The translations under genes and the position numbers were made by a program. The notes beneath the pieces were generated by a model. The model saw only the letters and a list, made by a program, of their open reading frames with translations, ran no database searches and was not told the origin of the DNA. A stretch of DNA of 64,000 nt, from the NCBI GenBank assembly GCA_951406725.2, contig OX597824.1, forward strand, positions 6,386,001 to 6,450,000, read 5' to 3'. Shown in pieces: positions 55,553 to 64,000 of the stretch (its first letter is position 1; each line of letters begins with the position of its first letter). Origin of the DNA: Octopus vulgaris (taxonomy: Eukaryota).

Positions 55553-55934
55553 CGCTCTCATTTATAACATTTATGGTAGTTTTTTGTTGTTGTTGTTTTT
55601 TTAAATCTGAAATACCACATGTTGTGTGTTACTTCATGAGTTGTTAATAGGTTTTCCTATTTACGGTCGGGATACATTTTTGCTTGCGTGCAACGATGCT
55701 GGCTTTCGCGAGATATCGCCACTCTTTTATTCATGGCGTTAATATCGTTTTTGCGCGATTGCATGTCTTGTTCTACTAATTTACTGGATCATCTGTTATT
55801 AATTAAGGTTTGATTGATCCTGCTTATTTATTGTTTTATGCTGTTTTGTTTTTTGTTAATATCAAGGCCTTTCCAAGTGCTTTTATAACAGAAATCTAAA
55901 TCTAGAATTTAGCTGTTGATTTAGGCATGTATAT

Positions 55935-56152
55935 CCTCTTTTTTTACTCTTTTTCTTGTTTCAGTCATTGGACTGTGGTCATGCTGGAGCACCGACTTTA
56001 GTCGAGCAAATCGACCTCGGGACTTATTCTTTGTAAGCCTAGTACTTATTCAATCAGTCTCTTTTTGCCGAACCGCTAAGTTACGGGGACATAAACACAC
56101 TAGCAATGTTGTCAAGCGATGTTGGGGGGGACAAACAGACACACAAACATAT

Positions 56153-56195
<43 letters not shown>

Positions 56196-56352
56196 TGCGG
56201 CGGGCTTCTTTCAGTTTCCGTCTACCAAATCCACTCACAAGGCTTTGGTCGGCCCGAGGCTATAGTAGAAGACACTTGCCCAAGGTGCCACACAGTGGGA
56301 CTAAACCCAGAACCATGTGGTTGGTAAGCAAGCTACTTACCGCAAAGCCACT
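55935..56352 (-). mobile_element. SINE family A
   Basis: Reverse complement of family A. Confidence 0.85.
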
Positions 56353-57049
56353 CGAAGGTTAAGCGTGGAGCATATCAAAATAGTCGTAGTTGTAAGTTAA
56401 GGAGCAGTAAGATCGATCAAGCTGAAAATATGCATAAGATTTGTTGGTACTTATGTTCTTTATATAAACCGTGATAACGGTTTCGATGCGCAGCCGTTCT
56501 ATTTACCCAATGACAGCTTAATTTAAAGATGTACCGCAGATATAATATTGTCACATAACTATTAAATTATACATCTCAAGAGGACCTCAAAACAAACAGC
56601 ATTTTTTAACAGTTTTTTCTGAGATGTTTTTTTATACATTATCAGCGAATTGCAGACTCATTAACAAATTTTGTAATTATCAACAAAATTATATCCTTTG
56701 CATTATAAAAATTACTGTAATTTCTAGTCCGTAAATCAAAATTAATTATACTCGGAGAACTGTTAACAAGAGTAATTTTGTAGATCGTCTCTGACTAATT
56801 TTGGAAACACGCAGCACCCATTCCTTCTCAAAGCAAGAAAAAACTTGTGTTTTGACGTAAATAATTCTTAGCGATAAGATTGTAGACAAAACAAAATATA
56901 TTTATATAACAGTACTTAAGCGAAGGTTTAGCGTGGAGCATATCAAAATAGTTTTATTTGTAAGTTGAGGAGTAGTAAGAGCGATCAAGCTGAAAATATT
57001 TTAATTTCACGGTTAACTGAGAAAATAGATAGTATACTCTAACCTTCAT

Positions 57050-57277
57050 TCTTTTATTCTTTTACTTGTTTCAGTCATTTGACTGCAGCCATGCTGGAGC
57101 ACCGCTTTTAGTCAAGCAAATCGACCCCAGGACTTATTCTTTGTAAGCCTATTACTTATTCTACCGATCTGTTGCCGAACCACTAAGTTACGGGGAGGTA
57201 AACACACCAGCATCGGTTGACAATGTTGACGATGTTGGGGGACAAATACACATACACACAAACACACATAAATACAT

Positions 57278-57339
<62 letters not shown>

Positions 57340-57600
57340 AAAAGTAAAAAAATATATACAAACTGGGACAAGGGTGAAACACCTAGAAGACGACACAAGA
57401 AACACAGGACGGGACATTCGAAGCCCTCAATCATCAGTCAAGAACCGGATCATCATAGCAATTTCGGCTGATTAATCTTGAGATTGCTCCGTATATATAT
57501 ATACGACGGGCTTCTTTCAGTTTCCGTTTACGAAATCCACTCACAAGGCTTTGGTCGGCCCGAGGCTATAGTAAAAGAGACTTGCCCAACGTGCCACGCA
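57050..57600 (-). mobile_element. SINE family A interrupted in its (TA)n by a ~150-bp insert (57338-57491)
   Basis: Tail at 57050-57290 and head part at 57500-57600 flank an unrelated segment. Confidence 0.8.
57422..57488 (-). ncRNA. Candidate non-circularly permuted hammerhead ribozyme, copy 1
   Basis: AGCAAU-C-UCAAGA uuaauc AGCC-GAA-AUUGCU (13 nt) UCUUGA-CUGAUGA uugag GGCU. All three stems and the core are present in rearranged order. Confidence 0.7.
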
Positions 57601-57627
57601 ACGGAGAGCATTGAGGCATCTTTAACT

Positions 57628-57674
<47 letters not shown>

Positions 57675-58705
57675 CGGGGTCTGCGCTGACAGAGGGCATC
57701 GCTGCAACCACCATTAGTTTGTGACTCCCTATTCGTGGCAGATAATGCTTTGGCGCCACCCAGGCTACAACCCTCCAGCTCATGCACCTGCTTTGGGTAG
57801 TCGTTACTGGTGAGGGTTTTACTAGGCCGGAGTGCACACCCTACCACAACATTTACGACATGCAGAGAAAAAGTTGGATCTATTCTTTGGTTTGCCGGCC
57901 CCTCACACAGCACCGAGCAACATGAAAGAAAGGTTTTTGTTCAAGAACACAACGCAGCACCCGATCCGGGAATCAAGCCTGCAAACTGGAGATCGTGAGT
58001 ACGAAACCGTAATCATTAAGCCACGCGCCTCGGAGTGTATTGATAAATAATTCATGTAAATTCGTTGGCCTTATTCTCAATGAGCCACACAAACGTTATG
58101 CGTGTGGCAGCAGCACAATTCTAGTTGTGTGAGCAATATTTCGTTTTGGCTATCATTTGAGCTCTGCACAAATTTGCAAATCTTGTGACTGAAGAGGAAA
58201 GTCAGTTTTTGTGCTGTGCATTTGGTTGTGTTGTGGATGTGTATTCGCCGGGAAAGAAGAGAATATTTGAGAGTGTGAGACCCCGAATTCGTGGCAACAT
58301 TTTAAAGTCTTAGTTGCGTGATGTTCATTACCTGGCTTAATGCGGCACAACTGCATTTGCATGATTTGAGCAGCTGAATAATACAATATTAATATAATAA
58401 TGCTACTGGGGGAACATTTTCGAGCTTTCTGTTCATGTATCTAATGTGGATTTAGCATCAGATGTTCGGGTTGCACATAATTGACACTTGCGCGTGGAAG
58501 GTCAGAGAACTGTAGTATTATCTATATTGGAGTTGTTGTTGTTGTTGTTGGAATTGATGGTCAGTATATGGTTTATGTGTAATAAAAAATGTTGCAAGGT
58601 AAATGACAAGCCTTCGGCATCCTAGAGTTGATGGACTCTACGAGGGGAGAGGGAAAGAGATCTATCAGCACATACTGTGAAGGTACGATTTAACCCGTAT
58701 TTTAA

Positions 58706-58935
58706 GGCGGCGAGCTGGCAGAATCGTTAGCATGCCGGGCGAAATACTTTGTGGTATTTCGTCCGCCGCTGCGTTCTGAGTTCAAATTCCGCCGAGGTCG
58801 ACTTTGCCTTTTATCCTTTCGGGGTCGATTAAATACGTACCAGTTACGCACAGGGGTCGATATAATCGACTTAATCCGTTTGTCTGTCCTTGTTTGTCCT
58901 CTCTGTGTTTAGCCCCTTGTGGGTAGTAAAGAAAT
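58706..58935 (+). mobile_element. SINE family B with 18-bp target-site duplication
   Basis: aggtacgatttaacccgt at 58681-58698 and 58936-58953. Confidence 0.9.
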
Positions 58936-59199
58936 AGGTACGATTTAACCCGTGACACCCATAAACAAATGAAGTCTTAAAATGTCACTGTATTTAGATT
59001 AAATATTATGGTAAGCTTTCACAATCTGGAAGAGAAGGACAGTAGGCAAACTGTTAGCTACGGGTGTCGACTACCTACTGAACATTTCGTATACTCAATC
59101 AGCTGTTTCCCGGCGAGTTCATGCCCAAACAAGTAGGAGCAGGTTTTGCGTTGCGAAAACGCAACCAGGGGTATTCATGGGCTAAAAAGAAGCTTCCAA

Positions 59200-59248
59200 T
59201 GCCTTGTGAGTGGATTTGGTAGACGAAAACTGAAAGAAGCTCGTCGTG

Positions 59249-59286
<38 letters not shown>

Positions 59287-59512
59287 GTGTGTTTGTGTGT
59301 GTGTGTGTGTGTCTGTGTCTGTGTTTGTCCCCTCAACATCGCTTGACAACTTATACTAGTGTGTTTACGTCCCCGTAACTTAGCGGTTCAGCAAAAGAGA
59401 ACGATAGAATAAATACAAGGCTTACAAATAATAAGTCCCGGGGTTGATTCACTCGACTAAAGGTTGTGCTCCAGCATGGCTGCAGTAAAATGACTGAAAC
59501 AAGTAAAAGAGT
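59200..59512 (+). mobile_element. SINE family A, 5'-truncated
   Basis: gccttgtgagtggatttggtagacg...gactgaaacaagtaaaagag. Confidence 0.8.
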
Positions 59513-59514
59513 AG

Positions 59515-60401
59515 GACTCAGATGTTGGGCAGTTAAGGCTCTACTTTTGCGTTTTATAGTTTTCTTCATGGATGAAGCATCTGGCAATGATCCAAGTGTA
59601 ACCTGAGATGCATTTGTTAACACTTCACCTATTACTGCCCTTGGCTTTTCAACGGTGTCTTCCACACGACATTTCAAGGCTGTGTGCGCTTTAGCGACTT
59701 CTATATTAACTGCAGACGAATTATGGGGATGCGTGTTTACTTCCATGGTAACTGCACCAAACTTCGTATGAATCCTTACATTGCATCTAGAACTCTGATC
59801 ACAACGTCAACATTTTATATTCTTGCCACTCTTACTAAACTTATCAAAAGCAAATAAATATCCTTCGTGTGCAATTTTTTCTTTGCCTCTTTGGTTAAGA
59901 ATTTCTATTTTGGGTGTGATGAAAAATTTTAATATATATTCACCAATCCAACTTCCAAAATTCTACATCTTAATGTCGATCTCAAGAGCTGTGACTGCCA
60001 GCATCGGTAGAAAAATGTGAATTCGTGGTATTCTTTCTTTGAATGCTTTACAGCAATCTAAATACCTCAGACAAACGCTAAATAGACCATTATGACCAAT
60101 AAATTACTGCGACAAACTGCTAAATTGAAAAAGCTTGGGCCGATCGTGAAGCAAACAAACCATTATTCCGGAACACACACACACACACACACATATGTAT
60201 GTATAATTATATCTTTTATAAATTACTTTTATTCGAATTTTAAAAGTTCTGCTTTTTTTATTCAAGCCATGTATTAAGATTAATCGTTTCGTTTTATAAG
60301 TTTCTGATAATGTTCTAAGGCGAATAAATTATTTAATAATCAATTTTCTTGGCGTTGAGTTGTCCTGGCGTTGAGTCGGCGGTGGTGAGTTGTCTCTATT
60401 C
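59515..60401 (-). mobile_element. Mutator-like (MULE) fragment with FLYWCH domain
   Basis: NQRGKEKIAHEGYLFAFDK..KC*RCDQSSRCNVRIHT..HPH, then a helical transposase-like segment. Repeated gacaactcaacgcc terminal-type motif at about 60345-60401. Confidence 0.7.
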
Positions 60402-61267
60402 GTATTACTGGTAATGATTAGATCAGTTCGGAAAGCAGTGGCAGTAACAGATGTATATCGAAGGGTAAAGAAAGTTAATATTTATCGAATGTAAATAAAT
60501 GCCTGGAGACAATGTCACGGACAGTACAATCTCGATATTTGTTAACATCAACTTTCAGAAAGAAGCTTGAATAATGAGTGTAGTCTGTTCAGTGGTGCCA
60601 AACAAGAGATAAGAAATGGTATGTGCTTATGTTTCTAAAATGAACGCATGGTTTATGTGTAATAAAGTGATATATCGGTTTTTAATTGAATCGGAGTCCA
60701 TAAATATTTGAAAAGAACGGGTAATTATTCAGCAAATGTATTTGTTCACGTTTTAGGCATTTTCGTAGTACTGGATTTTTGATTTCGTTTGGGTTGGGGA
60801 AAGGAGACGACCACGAGTTTCAAATTGCAAGCATCCATAACTAAGTCCCAGTTAAGGATGTCAGTAACCTCAAAGTGGTGACGGAAGATTTTGGTGTTCG
60901 ATGGTGAAGCTGTCACGAAGTGGGACAAAGAGGATATGAAATGATGCAGAGCTTGTAGGGTAACTACCTAAGACTGTGCCCACGGGTTAGTTGAAAGCTA
61001 ACCGTTGTAAGAGCTGGCAGTATATCTCCGGCGGGAGACATTTTCAATGAGTATCTTCTTGCAATACGTGGTACTGTCCAGAATAAAGAAGAGACGAGGG
61101 TGTGAGCGTACCCTGAAATCATGATATGCCCCTGCCTGAAGTCTGGTCCAAACGCCTGTAATAGAATAAATCCGGCTAAAAGCACAGAGGTTAGGAGGAT
61201 ATTAATTGGGGCTTCGTGATGCGCTTACGACCCACAATTATATACTAGAATAGCATTTTATATTCGA

Positions 61268-61425
61268 CAGGCAAAACACTTCATTTCACGTTGCTCTAGT
61301 CCACTCAGCTGGCAAAAATGAGTAACACTGCGATGGACTGGCGTCCCGTCCAGCTGGGGAGCACATACGCCATAGAAACCGGGAAACCGGGCCCATGAGC
61401 CTGGTCAAGCTTTAAAAGGGCGCAA
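61268..61425 (+). mobile_element. SINE fragment (V-SINE-like)
   Basis: acacttcatttcacgttgctc..gtccactcagctg..aaatgagta..ctgcgatggactggcgtcccgtccag. Confidence 0.55.
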
Positions 61426-62769
61426 AAAGAAAAAGAAGAAAGTCAATGTTATTAAAGTGGATTTTCGTTAAAAAGGAAATATACCTTCATTTATGTAATT
61501 GCTATGTAATTGTTGACTGTTGCGTTTTATTTGGACGGCAACAATACTTCAGTACAGCCCACGTTTATATTTCGTGAATGTCTCCATTACTGCATTATTA
61601 CCCTCTTAAACTTCTGATGTTTGTCTGTTACTAAATTTTCGAAAATTATTTCAATGGCAAAGAACAGGACATTGAACACTGAAATAGATTTTGCAGACCA
61701 GATCTATGGAGAGAAAGAAGAAAAAGAAGAAAGAAAAGGAAATCTGGTGACGAGAAAGCTGCATTAAATAAGATTAAAATACATTTTGTTCTCTTATAAT
61801 CCAAAACATTAGCTACTTTGTATAAAAACAGGACGTAATTGAAGATGTATACAAAAGGAAATTTAGAACCATAAACTTTTCTTTCTCCTATCAGATCTTT
61901 CCACGCTAGCCATTAGAAGAGTTATTTGTATAATGCAAAATTTACTGCTTTTGTCGACTTTGTGGCTGCATTATAATATTATTGATTTCCTTTCTATTGC
62001 TCTGACTTATATATATTAATATTTGAACTGTCTAAGAGACTTAGATAATTATTGCCAAAGCGTAAGCTATTTGATATAATTAAATTTCTTTTAAATATTT
62101 TCATTAAGGAAACTATGTTTAGAAGTAACAAGCTAGAAATTTGTCAAAAGCTTAGGTGTAATAGCCGGTTCGGTTTCTTTTTATTTCTCATAGTTTAGTA
62201 AAATTTAATACAATGTCTTTAATTTACTTTTAACAACCAATTCAATATTTGTTATCGATCTAAGACTTAATATAAAGTTATACTTTGAAGATCAATTTGA
62301 TGTTAAGTTACAGTTTCATTTCGTGTCTTATTTGTCCAAAGATCAGTGAAATTTTCTTTATTGTATATTTTTGATTTTTATCATAAACCAACTAAAACTA
62401 CTCCTCAAATATTGTAACAAAATACATCCAACAGTCAAAATCAGAACGGAACAAATAATTGCTATACCATAATTGTACTAAGTTATGGTTATCAAACATC
62501 AATAACAGTTACTATTCCAGGAGATGTATTTTTGTTACCGTTATCCTTAGAAAATATTTAATTTCATTGCCAGCTTCCATTTTGCTTCTGTATATAATTT
62601 ACATACATCGAAAGTTCCTCACCTATATTAATATTAACTATTATTTGTGTTCACAATTCTATCATACATAAATTTTCAGTTGATTTTATAGAACATAGAA
62701 ATAATTCTCAAAATTAAATTGAAGAATTCTATTTCATAGAAGTATACCGCCAATTATATTTTCATGCGT

Positions 62770-62914
62770 GTTGAAAAGCTTGCTTCCCAAGCACATGGTT
62801 CCGGGTTCAGTCCCACTGCGTGGCACCTTGGGCATTAGTCTTCCGCTATAGCCTCGGGCCGACCAAAGCCTTGTGAGTGGATTAGGTAGACGGAAACTGA
62901 AAGAAGCACGTTGC

Positions 62915-62971
<57 letters not shown>

Positions 62972-63210
62972 TGTATGCATGCATATATGTATGTATATGT
63001 TTATGTGTCTGTGTTTGTCCCTTCACCATCGCTTGACAACCGATGTTGGTGTGTTTATATCTTCGTAACTTAGTGGTTCGGCAAAAGAGACCGATAGAGT
63101 AAATACTAGGCTTACAAAAAATAACTCCTGGGATCGATTCATTCGACTAAAGGCGGGGCTCTAGCATGGCCGCAGTTAAATGACTGAAACAAGCAAAAGA
63201 GTAAAAGAGT
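62770..63210 (+). mobile_element. SINE family A (followed by a second degenerate tail to ~63460)
   Basis: Homologous to 42752-43178. Confidence 0.8.
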
Positions 63211-63464
63211 GTATGTGTGTGTGTGTGTATCTATGTCTGTGTGCGTGTGTAGTTGTTGTGTTTGTCTTTGTCTCCATAACCGCTTCACAACCGGTTTTGG
63301 TGTGTTTACGTCCCTATAACTTCGTGGGTCAGCAAAAGCGACTGATAGAATACGTGCTAGGCTTAACGATAAGTTCTTGAGTCGAGTCATTCGACTAAAA
63401 ACCTTTCACGGCGGCGCTCCAGCACGGCTACATCAAATGACAGAACCAAGTAAAGGAATACATG

Positions 63465-63547
<83 letters not shown>

Positions 63548-63660
63548 AACAACAAAAACGCAAGAGAGGGCATTAAAACGTTTGGACAGATAGACGACAC
63601 AAAGGCGGACAAGAGAAACAACAATTAGAAGGACAGACAAAAAAAGACGGGTCATTGGAG

Positions 63661-63732
63661 GTCTTTTTTCTCAGTCAAGTACCAGAAGTCACAACCATTT
63701 CGGACAGTTACACTTGAGATGGTTCGATCTGG
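63661..63732 (-). ncRNA. Candidate non-circularly permuted hammerhead, copy 2 (diverged, core imperfect)
   Basis: AACCAU-C-UCAAGU guaacu GUCC-GAA-AUGGUU (12 nt) ACUUGA-CUGAGAA aaa AGAC. Confidence 0.6.
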
Positions 63733-64000
63733 TTGTCTCCAAAAATATCTAAGGTAAGAGCATTAGACCCCTTTGTAAGAAAGCTAACAAATGTGTATGG
63801 CAACAAAGGCAAAGAAAAACAAACAAGCAAAACATCGGAGAACATGGTACACAATTACGAATACAACAAGATATATATATATTGTTAACTCTTGGGAGAT
63901 AAATAGTGCAGTTGATGCCAAGCCATTTTGAGCTCATAAAATAGTTTTTAAATTCCGCTAAAAGAAAACTACTGCGCAATGATTTAGAAATGCTACAGAT

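Overview
Eukaryotic, AT-rich, repeat-dominated DNA with no supportable intact host gene. The SINE families and microsatellite load look like an octopus genome; this is inferred from recalled repeat sequences, not from a search. Almost all listed ORFs are microsatellite translations. The real content is decayed mobile DNA: tRNA-derived SINEs (several families), Penelope-like elements (Neptune- and Poseidon-type GIY-YIG remnants), Dong/R4, RTE, CR1 and Tx1-like LINE fragments, a full-length mariner, a FLYWCH/MULE fragment, and minisatellites. The most interesting signal is RNA-level. About ten hammerhead-ribozyme motifs lie on short Penelope-like tails next to (TA)n tracts. They include canonical type I folds, U3-A8 and A6U core variants, and two diverged copies (57422-57488 and 63661-63732, minus strand) of a hammerhead whose three strands occur in a non-circularly permuted, pseudoknotted order, supported by five compensatory base-pair changes. 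All folds were derived by eye and activity is untested.
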